A DNA stretch of 64,000 nucleotides from contig JBKBYA010000001.1 of assembly GCA_046313635.1 (NCBI GenBank), forward strand, positions 384,001 to 448,000, given 5' to 3'. Position numbers and translations under genes: made by a program. This DNA is from Pyrinomonadaceae bacterium. GTDB lineage: Bacteria > Acidobacteriota > Blastocatellia > Pyrinomonadales > Pyrinomonadaceae. Below are positions 9,600-22,100 of the stretch, one piece after another. Numbering within the stretch: the stretch's first letter is position 1; every line of letters starts with the position of its first letter. Under the pieces are notes generated by a model. It was not told the origin of the DNA. It searched no databases and was given only the letters and a program-made list of their open reading frames with translations.

Positions 9600-9917
9600 A
9601 TGTCACTAGAGAAGCTTTCAATTTCGCGACGTCACGTCCTGGGCGACCTGCACGGCCGGTGCGACCAGATCGATCTGGTCCCGGTGTTCCTGGACACAGA
9701 GCCTGACGTCGAGGTCGGATTCGCCGACCAGAGCCTCGGCCGCTATGCCGACGCGTTCAGCTTTCATCTGCCGGCCGATATCTGCAAAAAGCTCTCGTCC
9801 GGACAGTTCGCCTTCTCGATCGGGTACGCCACGGCGCTGCCCGACGGCTCGCATCGCGGCAGGCCGCGCATACGGCTCACCTATATTTGCCTGACCAAGA
9901 TCAGGCCGATCGCATAA
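9600..9917 (+). CDS. Hypothetical protein
   Basis: ATG preceded by GGAGG; 105 aa filling the gap between genes. Confidence 0.6.
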   Translation: MSLEKLSISRRHVLGDLHGRCDQIDLVPVFLDTEPDVEVGFADQSLGRYADAFSFHLPADICKKLSSGQFAFSIGYATALPDGSHRGRPRIRLTYICLTKIRPIA

Positions 9918-9992
9918 CGTCTCGCCGCGCGGCGGGCAACGCGATCTTTGCACGCTTTTACGAAACGCGAGATCGCCATTGGAGGCTCAAAA

Positions 9993-10415
9993 ATGGATCA
10001 TCGTCTGACCACCGTGCTCTGTGTCGATCGCGACCCTGACTCCTGCGAGTTGTACGCGATGCTTCTCGGGGCAGCGGGCTATGAGGTCGAGATCTCGCAT
10101 TCGCCGGCGGACGCGATCGCGCTGCTCGGCGAGTGCCGCTTTGCCGCCGTCGTGATGGGCTATTACTTTTCGGGGTCGGACGGGCCTGAACTTTGCCGGC
10201 AGTTTCGCCGCTTCGACTCGCGGACGCCGGTGATCTTTTTCAGCGGCGCGGCCACCACGGCCGAAAGGGCAGCGGCCGAGGCTGCCGGAGCGCAGGCCTA
10301 TCTGATCAAACCCAACGGCATCGACGACCTTGTCGACGCGATCAGAGAGCTGACGGGCGAGAGCGCTTCGGCACGGCCGCGTTCTCGCGATGCTTCGATC
10401 GCTACGAATGTCTAA
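9993..10415 (+). CDS. Single-domain (atypical) receiver protein
   Basis: CheY-like pattern VLCVD...DGPELC...PVIFFSG...YLIKP; GGAGG RBS. Confidence 0.85.
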   Translation: MDHRLTTVLCVDRDPDSCELYAMLLGAAGYEVEISHSPADAIALLGECRFAAVVMGYYFSGSDGPELCRQFRRFDSRTPVIFFSGAATTAERAAAEAAGAQAYLIKPNGIDDLVDAIRELTGESASARPRSRDASIATNV

Positions 10416-11044
10416 TCCTCTTGCGACCGGCCTGAGCGTTCGCTGTCGGGTCCGTTCGATTCTCTGAAGGAACCTCGAAACTTCCACACCAGCGGGCCCG
10501 CGACCGCGAGACCAAAGATCACCCACGTCAGATTGCCGAGGATGTTAGAGATGTACTCGACCTCGTCGCTAAAGACGCGGCCGAGCGAGACGTAGAGGCC
10601 GATCCAGAGCGCCTCGCCGAGCAGCACCCAAATAGCAAAGCTCAGCCAGGGATAATCGGTCACGCCGCTCGTCAGGTTGAGCCACGGGCCGAGCGGCGTG
10701 ACGAGCCAGCGGCTGAAGAATATGCCGACGCCGCCCCACTTGCGGTTAAAGTCGTGCGCCTTCTTTACGGCGTCGTCACCGCCGAGCTTTGACGCGAAAC
10801 GCTTGACCAGACGCTTGCCGCCCCAGCGTCCGAGACCGTAGCCGACGAGATCGCCCGCGACCGCACCGGCCGTTCCCATAAACAGCACTTGCCAGAGCTG
10901 AAGCTGGCCCTGCTCGACAAGCGAGCCGAGGACGATCAGCAGCAGCGTCATCGGCATCGGCACACCGGCCTGCGCCGCGACGAGGATCAGGAAGAGCGCG
11001 GGCAAACCGTAGACGGCTATCAGTCCGATCAGCCAATCGCTCAC
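10412..11044 (-). CDS. DedA/VTT-family membrane protein
   Basis: GAVAGDLVGYGLGRWGG and FFSRW motifs. Confidence 0.9.
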   Translation of the reverse strand: MSDWLIGLIAVYGLPALFLILVAAQAGVPMPMTLLLIVLGSLVEQGQLQLWQVLFMGTAGAVAGDLVGYGLGRWGGKRLVKRFASKLGGDDAVKKAHDFNRKWGGVGIFFSRWLVTPLGPWLNLTSGVTDYPWLSFAIWVLLGEALWIGLYVSLGRVFSDEVEYISNILGNLTWVIFGLAVAGPLVWKFRGSFRESNGPDSERSGRSQED

Positions 11045-11478
11045 GGCGTGTCTTGTGCCTCCCCGTTTGACGGCGGCGACGACCGCTCCTCGAGCGACGG
11101 CTGACCGGCATTTGCGCCGGGGTTGAAGGCGTGGTGCTCGAGTATCGCGTTATTGACCTTGTCGACGATCTCGCGGACGGGGCGGCGCCCATCGTGCGCG
11201 ATCCGGGCGAGCGGGCGGGGATCGTGCGCGTCGGCGGGCAGGTCGAGCGCTCGATTGAGCACGGCCTCCGGAACGCCGTGCGTGCGAGCGATCTGCGAGA
11301 TGGTCATCCAGCCGCGGACGGGGCGTTCGGCCTTTGCGTCCCAATAGAGAATTCCCTTTGCCGCGCGGATCGCGAAGAACGCGGTAAAGGCGAGCACGGC
11401 GATCAGCGCCGCGAGCATCAGCCACTGCGCGCGGGTGAAGCCTCTCGATCTTCTTTTGCTGCCGCTTGTCGTGCTCAT
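11041..11478 (-). CDS. Membrane-anchored hypothetical protein coupled to DedA
   Basis: One TM helix, RGWMT motif, 4-bp overlap with the DedA start. Confidence 0.7.
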   Translation of the reverse strand: MSTTSGSKRRSRGFTRAQWLMLAALIAVLAFTAFFAIRAAKGILYWDAKAERPVRGWMTISQIARTHGVPEAVLNRALDLPADAHDPRPLARIAHDGRRPVREIVDKVNNAILEHHAFNPGANAGQPSLEERSSPPSNGEAQDTP

Positions 11479-11677
11479 TACCTACGCTCCAGAGTATTCG
11501 AGCCGCCGCGGAGCCTCCGCATTCCAGATTACCGATCCGCGCGCGTGGGCGACGATCTGCCGGTCCTACGTGTCGAAGTACGGTGCAACCGATCCGCGCG
11601 GCGGTTCGACTTTATCCTTTCGCCTTCAGCCTTTATCCTTTCGAAGAGCCCACCCGCTGACGCGAGGTGGTTCTGAC

Positions 11678-12607
11678 ATGGCCCGCAAGTCCCGTCCACA
11701 GATCTGGCTCGAATACATCGCCGCACGCGCGGTGCTCGGCATGCTCGGACTGCTGCCGCGGCGGGCGGCCCTGTTTTTGTCGATTGGGCTCGCGCGTCTG
11801 ATGTATCGCCTGCTCGGCGGACTGCGGCGGGTCGGGATGCGAAATCTCGAGATCGCATTTCCCGAAAGATCGGTCGACGAGCGCCGAGAAATACTCAAAG
11901 GCACATTCGAGAATCTCGGCCGCGTGCTCGGCGAGGTCAGCCAGTTCATGAAGACGACGCCCGCCGCGCTCGAGCGGATCGTCGACTTTGACCTCGACGC
12001 GGAATCGGTCGCTCTCTATCACCTCAACAAGACCGAAAAGCGCGGCGTGCTGATCACGACCGGGCACTTCGGCAACTGGGAGATGCTCGTCTTTGCCTTT
12101 GCGGCGCTGCACGAACCGATCGCGTATCTCGCGCGGCCGATCGACAATCCGCTGATCGAGGAGTTGACGGTGCGCATCCGCACACGCTTCGGCAACCGGC
12201 CGATCAACAAGACGAATTCCGCGCAGCTCGCGATCAAGATTCTGCGCGAGGGCGGCATCCTCGGCATTCTGGCCGACGTCAACGCGCACCCGAAGGAGGG
12301 CGTCTTCGTCCCGTTCTTCGGCGTGCCCGCATGCACCACCGCCGGCGCAGCGCTGATCGCCCTGCGGTCGGATGCGCTCATCTTCCCGACCTTCTGCGTT
12401 TGGGATAAGGAGATCAAGCGCTACCGCATCGTTCACGGCCGCGTGCTCGAGCCCGTCCGCACCGGCGACCGCGAACGCGACATCCTCGAAACGACCGCCG
12501 CATACACAGCCGAGATCGAACGCATCTATCGCCAATATCCCGAGCAGTGGATGTGGATACACAAACGCTGGAAGACCCGCCCGAAAGGCGAGCCCTCGCT
12601 CTATTGA
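11678..12607 (+). CDS. lpxL: Lipid A late acyltransferase (LpxL/HtrB family)
   Basis: HFGNWE, VPFFG, PEQWMWIHKRWK. Confidence 0.88.
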   Translation: MARKSRPQIWLEYIAARAVLGMLGLLPRRAALFLSIGLARLMYRLLGGLRRVGMRNLEIAFPERSVDERREILKGTFENLGRVLGEVSQFMKTTPAALERIVDFDLDAESVALYHLNKTEKRGVLITTGHFGNWEMLVFAFAALHEPIAYLARPIDNPLIEELTVRIRTRFGNRPINKTNSAQLAIKILREGGILGILADVNAHPKEGVFVPFFGVPACTTAGAALIALRSDALIFPTFCVWDKEIKRYRIVHGRVLEPVRTGDRERDILETTAAYTAEIERIYRQYPEQWMWIHKRWKTRPKGEPSLY

Positions 12608-12716
12608 CTTTGCGAGCTTTGCGGCCTTTGCGTGAGATCTGCCTTCGCGTCATTTGCGGTTAAAAAAGAGGTCGAACCGGAGAGGACCCAGAGAGGAACT
12701 CAAAGGACGCAAAGAG
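12608..12716. repeat. Inverted array of ~9-mer CTTTGCG / CGCAAAG-type units
   Basis: CTTTGCGagCTTTGCGgcCTTTGCGtga ... gaggACCCAGAG...gaCGCAAAGag. Confidence 0.7.
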
Positions 12717-12813
12717 AGCCGGCCCGGCGCACTTGCGTTGCGTTTAGCGCGGAGTTTCTGGAGAATGGCGCGCAGTTCGCACCGATACGGCCGCGATTTG
12801 AGGAGAGACACGG

Positions 12814-13614
12814 ATGATCAGACGGCTTCTTTTATTCGCTCTCAGTGTTTTCACTCTCGCCTGCAGTGCTGCACCTTCGGACGACCCGTTCGCCGGCGGG
12901 CGCTGGATCGATCTCACGCACGATTTTTCGGACGAGACCATTTACTGGGTCAACGCCGAGCCGTTCAGACGCGAAGGCACGGCGGCGATGACCGACAAGG
13001 GATTCTTTTACGCGGCCGGCAATTATTCCGCGGCCGAGCACGGCGGGACGCACGTCGACGCACCGGTACATTTTGCCGAGGGGAAAAAGACCGTCGAGCA
13101 GCTCGAAATCTCGCAGCTCATCGGCGGGGCGGTGAAGATCGACGTCTCCGACAAGGCCGCCGCCGATCGCGACTACCTCGTCTCGGTGGACGACATCACG
13201 CGTTGGGAATCGGCGAATGGGCGCCTTCCAGACGGCGTCATCCTTCTGCTGCAGACAGGCTTTGGCAAATACTGGCCCGACAAAAAGCAGTACCTCGGCA
13301 CAGATCAACGCGGCGACGCAGCCGCAAAAGACCTGCACTTTCCCGGTCTCGACCCGGCCGCGGCGAAGTGGCTCGTCGACAACCGAAAGATAAAAGCGAT
13401 CGGCATCGACACCGCGAGCATCGACCGCGGCCAGTCGACGACATTCGACTCGCACGTCACGCTGATGACGGCGAACGTCCCCGCGTTTGAAAATGTCGCG
13501 AATGTCGATCAGCTTCCGGCAAAAGGCTTCCAGATCGTCGCCCTGCCGATGAAGATAAAAGGCGGCTCCGGCGCACCGCTGCGGATCGCGGCGTTCGTGC
13601 CGGGCGGACAATAA
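12814..13614 (+). CDS. Cyclase/kynurenine formamidase-family lipoprotein
   Basis: EHGGTHVDAP, GIDTASID, GGSGAPLR; signal peptide with LAC lipobox. Confidence 0.9.
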   Translation: MIRRLLLFALSVFTLACSAAPSDDPFAGGRWIDLTHDFSDETIYWVNAEPFRREGTAAMTDKGFFYAAGNYSAAEHGGTHVDAPVHFAEGKKTVEQLEISQLIGGAVKIDVSDKAAADRDYLVSVDDITRWESANGRLPDGVILLLQTGFGKYWPDKKQYLGTDQRGDAAAKDLHFPGLDPAAAKWLVDNRKIKAIGIDTASIDRGQSTTFDSHVTLMTANVPAFENVANVDQLPAKGFQIVALPMKIKGGSGAPLRIAAFVPGGQ

Positions 13615-13765
13615 GTACCGCGAAACCCGCCGCATAGGCCCATTCGCACGATGCACGGCGTGACACCGACGCCGCCGCGCGCAAAGCTGCGCGAACGGCA
13701 CATCGGGCATTCTTGATACTTCACCGAGCGGAGAACGATAATGGACGAAGATATTTTTTTCTAAA

Positions 13766-14293
13766 ATGAAAAGACGCAGCGTGCCGAGGGCGGTTGGTAA
13801 GGCAGGTACTTCCAAAAGCAAAGATCACAAACCACAGATCGATCCCGACAAGAGCTGGTTCAAGCTCGAGGTCCGGCGCTCGCGCATTCATCGCTGGGGC
13901 GTCTACGCGCTCGAGCCGATACCGGCGCGCCGGCGCGTGATCGAGTACACCGGCGAAAAGATCGACGACGACGAGGTGCAGCGCCGCAGCGGCTCGGACC
14001 TGATCTATATCTTTTCGCTCGACGACAAATGGGCCAAGGACGGAGCCGTCGGCGGCAGCGGCGCCGAGTACATCAACCACAGCTGCGACGGCAACCTGAC
14101 CTCGTACACATACCACGGCCGCATCTATCTCTCGAGCAACCGCCCGATCGAGGCCGGCGAAGAGCTCACCTACGACTACCACATCACCGGCGGCGATTAC
14201 GACCTGCCCTGTAAATGCGGAACCAAAAAATGCCGCGGCTCGCTCCGCGAAGACATAAAGCCGAAACGAAAAGGTAAAAAGCGCCGCGGCTAG
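13766..14293 (+). CDS. SET-domain lysine methyltransferase with post-SET
   Basis: [24 protein letters not shown]. Confidence 0.93.
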   Translation: MKRRSVPRAVGKAGTSKSKDHKPQIDPDKSWFKLEVRRSRIHRWGVYALEPIPARRRVIEYTGEKIDDDEVQRRSGSDLIYIFSLDDKWAKDGAVGGSGAEYINHSCDGNLTSYTYHGRIYLSSNRPIEAGEELTYDYHITGGDYDLPCKCGTKKCRGSLREDIKPKRKGKKRRG

Positions 14294-15297
14294 GCGGCCG
14301 ATCTGCGGGCCTGCGACTGCACGGCGGTGATGGCGACGGCGTCGACGATGTCCTCGGCCTTGCAGCCGCGGGAGAGGTCGTTGCACGGCCGGTCGAGGCC
14401 CTGAAGGATCGGGCCGATGGCGGCGCCGCCCGTAAGGCGTTCGGTGAGTTTGTAAGCGATGTTGCCCGCGTTGAGATCGGGAAAGACGAGCACGTTGGCG
14501 CGGCCCGCGACCTCCGAGCCGGGAGCCTTAGAGTCCGCGACCGACGCGACGAGCGCAGCATCGGCCTGCAGTTCGCCGTCGATGCGGAGGTCGGGCACGC
14601 GCACGCGGACGGTCTTGGTCGCCTCGATCACTTTATCGATGAGCTTGTGTTTGGCGCTGCCTTTTGTCGAGAACGACAGCATCGCGACGCGCGGTTCGGC
14701 GCCGAGCAGCGCGCGGCACGAGTCGGCCGAGGCGATGGCGATCTCTGCGAGCTCGCCCGCGTCGGGGTCGATCACGACGCCGCAGTCGGCGTAGATCATC
14801 GCGCCGTTCTCGCCAAATTTCTTGTCCGGCACGACCATTAAAAAGAATGACGATACGATCCTGAATCCGGCCCGCACGCCGATGCACCGGAGCGCCGCGG
14901 CGACGGTGTGCGCCGTAGTGTTGGTCGCTCCGGCGACCGAGCCGTCGGCCTTGCCTTCGCGCACGAGCAGGTTGCCGTAGTAGAGCGGGTCTTTTACGGC
15001 CTGCTCAGCTTCTTCGAGCGTGACGCCTTTGGCGCGGCGGAGCTGGTGATAGAGCTCGGCGATGCGTTTGAAATCGTGCTGCCTTCGGTGGTCGAGGATG
15101 TCCACGCCGTTGAGGTTGGCGCCCGCGTCGGCGGCCGCGGCGCGGACCTTTTCTTCGCTGCCGATAAGCGTGATCTTCGCGATGCGGTCGCGGGAGCATA
15201 TCTCGGCGGCCGCGACGGTGCGCGGGTCTTCGCCTTCAGGGAGAATGATGTGCTGCCGGTCGGCCGCGGCACGCTTGCGGATCTGCTCGAGGATCAT
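14290..15297 (-). CDS. pta: Phosphate acetyltransferase
   Basis: [45 protein letters not shown]. Confidence 0.95.
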   Translation of the reverse strand: MILEQIRKRAAADRQHIILPEGEDPRTVAAAEICSRDRIAKITLIGSEEKVRAAAADAGANLNGVDILDHRRQHDFKRIAELYHQLRRAKGVTLEEAEQAVKDPLYYGNLLVREGKADGSVAGATNTTAHTVAAALRCIGVRAGFRIVSSFFLMVVPDKKFGENGAMIYADCGVVIDPDAGELAEIAIASADSCRALLGAEPRVAMLSFSTKGSAKHKLIDKVIEATKTVRVRVPDLRIDGELQADAALVASVADSKAPGSEVAGRANVLVFPDLNAGNIAYKLTERLTGGAAIGPILQGLDRPCNDLSRGCKAEDIVDAVAITAVQSQARRSAA

Positions 15298-15341
15298 AGA
15301 CACGGTTGGCCGGTGCAGGCGGAGGATCAGGCCTTGTTATC

Positions 15342-15468
15342 GGTCTTTTGTTTTTGGTTTTTTGTTTTTGGTTTTTTGTTTTTGGAGTGTCGATCGCAGC
15401 ACTTGCGATCCCAAAGATCCAAAACCCAAAGACAAAAAACCAAAAACAAAAATCAAAAGACCAAAAAC
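15342..15468. repeat. Inverted heptamer array (TTTTTGG/TTTTTTG vs CCAAAAA) with central palindrome
   Basis: T-rich arm 15342-15385, GATCGCA-GCACT-TGCGATC core, A-rich arm 15411-15468. Confidence 0.9.
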
Positions 15469-15570
15469 GCTCTACGCCCCGACCGAGTCCGAATTTACCA
15501 CATCGCCGCAGGCCGCCAAACTTGCTCGCGATCTGAGCCTTATCTACACTTGTCGACAATGAGGTCAACG

Positions 15571-16092
15571 ATGGCAAAGCGAACCGAACAGAAGCGGCAA
15601 GGCCGCAAAGCGAGGTCCCAAACAAGAGAGCGGATGCGCAGCTTTGTTATGTTCCTGCCCAATCTCGTCCGACTGCTCGGCCGGCTGATCAAGGACTCGC
15701 GCGTGCCCTCGACCGAAAAGGCGCTCTTCCTTGCCGCGATCGTTTACGTTATATCGCCGATAGATCTCATTCCGGACATCTTTCCCTTCATCGGTCAGAT
15801 CGACGACGCTTACCTCGTCGCGCTCACGCTGCTGCGTCTTGTCAGCCGCACGGACGAGTCTGTCGTCAGGCAGAATTGGCCCGGCAACGGCGACATTGTC
15901 GGCCTCGTACGCTCGATCGCCGATCTCGCGCCGAAATTCCTCTCTCGCCGTACGCGGCGCGTGCTCGAGTCGCGTGTCGAATTTGCCGACGCGGGCCGCA
16001 TTATCAGCAGCCTGACCGACCGCCGCCAGCCGATCCTGCTCGAGGTCGCCGATGCCGACGAGCCGTCCGTCCTCCCGGAGACCGCGCACTAG
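15571..16092 (+). CDS. DUF1232/YkvA-family protein
   Basis: YVISPIDLIPD...GQIDD; alternative start at 15559. Confidence 0.88.
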   Translation: MAKRTEQKRQGRKARSQTRERMRSFVMFLPNLVRLLGRLIKDSRVPSTEKALFLAAIVYVISPIDLIPDIFPFIGQIDDAYLVALTLLRLVSRTDESVVRQNWPGNGDIVGLVRSIADLAPKFLSRRTRRVLESRVEFADAGRIISSLTDRRQPILLEVADADEPSVLPETAH

Positions 16093-16311
16093 CCGTCACA
16101 CGTTCGGCCGGACATCGCGACGCGGCGCCGGGCCATCACACAGCCGTGCCGTAACGGACGAGAAACGACCGCCCGCACTCGAATCTGGATTCGACTCTCA
16201 TTTGCGAGTTTAATTCGGTTGCATCACCAGCTCACGTCCGAAAATTCTGGCCGTAGCCTGAGGCTTTTCGCTATACTCGTTCTCACAGGCGAAAGTCGTT
16301 GAGTATTTTTT

Positions 16312-18705
<2,394 letters not shown>

Positions 18706-18797
18706 GGAGTACCAGACGTCACGCCCGGCGCAGCGAAGGGAAATGCAAAAGAGGCTGCCTCTGAACGTTTGAGCTGCGGGTATTCTGGTGCGGATTC

Positions 18798-18874
18798 AAA
18801 CAGGATGGACAGGATCGGCAGGAGGCTAGAGCTCGGAAGCTCGAACCATCATGCTCATCCTGTCCATCCTGTTT
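18798..18874. repeat. Inverted 9-mer array (ACAGGATGG type)
   Basis: AAACAGGATGGACAGGAT is a perfect 18-bp inverted repeat of 18857-18874. Confidence 0.9.
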
Positions 18875-18893
18875 TGATCTCGTTTGCGAATGA

Positions 18894-18964
18894 TCTCTGC
18901 GTCCTCTGCGTCCTTTGCGGTTAAAAAGAGAGCGTTTCATGCAAAGGCCGCAGAGCACGCGAGG
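18894..18964. repeat. Inverted 9-mer array (CTCTGCG / CGCAGAG type)
   Basis: CTCTGCGTC CTCTGCGTC CTTTGCGGTT ... GCAAAGGC CGCAGAGCA CGCGAGG. Confidence 0.8.
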
Positions 18965-19122
18965 GTGCCGGCACCGGAACGGCTTTCGATAACGTCAGAA
19001 AAGTTTCGTCTCAGCTCTCGGCCGCTTTTTTCTCGTTGCGTTCCCTGGCATCTTGGGACATCATTGTCTGCCGAAGTGTTTCTCACTTCCCACAATCCTA
19101 AACCCAAAAATCGGAGAAACCT

Positions 19123-22100
19123 GTGAAATTTACAAAGCTCGTGCTTCTGCTGCTGATCGCGCCGCTGCTCTTGGCGGCCGCCGCGACCGGCATCTGGTTC
19201 GCGGAAAAGAACGAAACAGCAGCGACCACTTCCGACGTCGAATACGAGGGCGAGGATGCCGACCTGCCGCCCGGCCGCAAGATCAATAAGGACGAGTATC
19301 TAAGGCTCAGAAACGAGCAGCTCTTCCTTCTCCGCGGCCTAGACACGGCAAAGCCCGACTCGCGCAGCCGCGCGATACGCGACATGGAGCGCAGCGAGGA
19401 GGCCCTCGCGGCGCGGCTTGCGAATGTCGGCGGCGCGTCCCTGCTGGGCGACGCCGCCCTTCCGCCGGTCGCAAACTGGCGAGCGATCGGTCCGGCGCCG
19501 ATCCCCGTGAACTCGTCGACCTCGTATTCGGGCCGCGTCTCGGCGATCGCGGTCGACCCGACGAATCGCGACATCGTTTACGTCGGCACGGCGCAGGGCG
19601 GGCTCTACCGCTCGACCGACGGCGGCGCGACGTGGACGCCGATGCTCGACAACGCTCTTAGCCTCGCGATCGGATCGGTCGCGGTCGCGCCGTCAGACCC
19701 GACGACCGTCTTTGTCGGCACGGGCGAAGCGGCTTTTTCGGCAGACAGCTTTTTCGGTGTCGGCATCTACCGGATCACGAATGCGACCAGCGCGACGCCG
19801 ACGATCAGCGGGCCGCTCAACGCGGGCACGACCGCCGGAACAGACGTCTTTACGGGCCGCGCGGTGAGCGAGATCGTCGTTCACCCGACCAACCCGAACA
19901 TCATATTTGCGTCGACCACCTCGGGCATCGCCGGCATCGGCGGCACCGCGAGCGGGATGACCATTCCGAACGCCGGACTGTTTCGCTCGACCAACGCCAT
20001 GGGCGCGTCGCCGACATTTGAAAAGCTGACCATCCAGGGCACGCTCTCGGCGAGCCGTTCCGTCATCGACATCGCGATCGAACCCGACAATCCGGCGCGT
20101 CTCGTCGCGGCCGTCATCGGCAGCGGCGGCGACGGCGGGATCTATCTGACGACGAATGCGCTCGACCCGACGCCGACATTCACGCGTTCGATGGCGACGG
20201 CCGACGGCACCTCGACCGGCCGTACGGAATTTGCCGTCAACAAGCCGACCGGCGGACCGCTGACGATCTACGCCGCGAACGGCACATCGACCGGAGGCAC
20301 CACGGGCTCCGTTCTTAAGTCGACCGACGGCGGAGCGACCTTCACAGCGACAGGAGCGACCAACTTCTGCAGCCCACAGTGCTGGTACGACATGGCGATA
20401 GCGGTCGACCCGGTCGACGCGACAAAGGTCTATCTCGGCGGTTCGCCTTCGCTCGTCTTCGGGCGATCGACCAATGGCGGCACGAGCTTCACGGCGAGCC
20501 AGTCGGGGCTGCACGTCGACACGCACGCCATCGCGGTCGCTCCCTCCGACCCGAACACGATCTACTTTGGCAGCGACGGCGGTATCTGGCGGTCGACCGA
20601 CGGCGGAACGAACTGGACGACGCTCAACAATTCGACATTTCACGCGACGCAGTTCCAAGGCATTGCCGTGCACCCGACCGATCGCAACTATACACTCGGC
20701 GGCACGCAGGACAACGGCACGCAGTTCCTCGCACCGGACGGAACGACGTGGATCCGTTCTGCCGGCGGCGACGGCGGGTTCACTGCGATCGACCAGAACG
20801 CGACCGATACGACCAACGTCATCTCGTATCACACCTACTACAACAGCTCGGGATCGCAGATCGGATTCCGCCGAGCGATCTCGACCGTAGCTCCGGGCAA
20901 TCCGGCCTGGGGATCGTTCATGGGCTGCGGCGGTACGCCGAACGGCATCAACTGCGCCGACGCGGTCCTGTTTTATGCTCCGATGGTCGTCGGGCCCAAC
21001 GCTCCGGGCAGCCAGGGCAACACGCTGTACTTCGGCACGACGCGTCTTTACCGCTCGATCGACCGCGGCACGACGATGACCGACGTCAGCGGCGTGCTGC
21101 CGGCGCGCATCAGCGCCATCGCGGTGGCGCCGCAGAATGACGACGTGCGTCTCGTCGGCACGACGTCGGGAACCGTCTATCTCTCGACGACCGCGGGAGC
21201 GACGACAATGGCGGACGTGACCGGCGCGATACCGGTCGGCGTGCGGCGATATGTCGGCCGGGTCGCGATCGATCCGACCAACGCAAATATCGCTTACGTC
21301 GCATACAACGGTTTCGGCATCCCGGCCGGCCAACACGTATGGAAGACGACCAATCTGCTCTCAGGCTCGCCGACGTGGACGCCTGCGGGCAGCGGCATCC
21401 CGGACGTGCCGGTCAACGCTTTCGTCGTCGACCCGGCCGATCCGCAGCAGCTCTTTGCCGGGACCGATATCGGGGTCTTTGTCTCGATCGACGGCGGCGC
21501 GACGTGGCAGCCCTTCAGCACAAACCTGCCGCGCGTAGCGGTCTTTGGGATGGAGATCCAAAAGACGAGCCGCGTGCTGCGCATCGCGACGCACGGCCGC
21601 GGGATGTTTGAGACCGACCTTCGAAACGTGCGAAGCGTGCCGTTCGATTTTGACGGTGATGCAAAGACGGATGTCGGCATCTTCCGGCCGGCGCCGGCGG
21701 AGTGGTGGATCTTGCGTTCGGGCACGTCGTCTGTTTACGCCGCACAGTTCGGAGCGGCGGGCGACGAGGCTTCGCCGGCGGACTTTACCGGCGACGGCAA
21801 GACGGACGTAGCATTCTTCAGGCCCTCGACCGGGCAGTGGTTTGTCTTGCGGAGCGAGAACTCGACATTCTTCGCGTTCCCGTTCGGGGCGAGCGGCGAC
21901 GTCGCGGTGCCCTCGGATTATGACGGCGATGGTAAGTCCGATGCGGCGGTCTTCCGTCCGTCGACCTCGACGTGGTACGTGCTGCGGTCGTCCGATCAGC
22001 AGGTGTCGACAAACGCATTCGGCATCGCGGGCGACAGGCCGGTGCCGGCAGATTATGACGGCGACGGCAGAACGGACATCGCGATCTATCGTCCGTCGGG

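Noticed and set aside
14908..15570. Long N-terminal extension of the YkvA ORF and small ORFs across the heptamer array
   Set aside because: They overlap pta and translate low-complexity repeat DNA (FCFWFF / KTKNK).
16176..16215. Possible CIRCE/CtsR operator upstream of clpC
   Set aside because: Only a partial GCACTC and a short TCGAATC/GATTCGA palindrome; it does not fit TTAGCACTC-N9-GAGTGCTAA.
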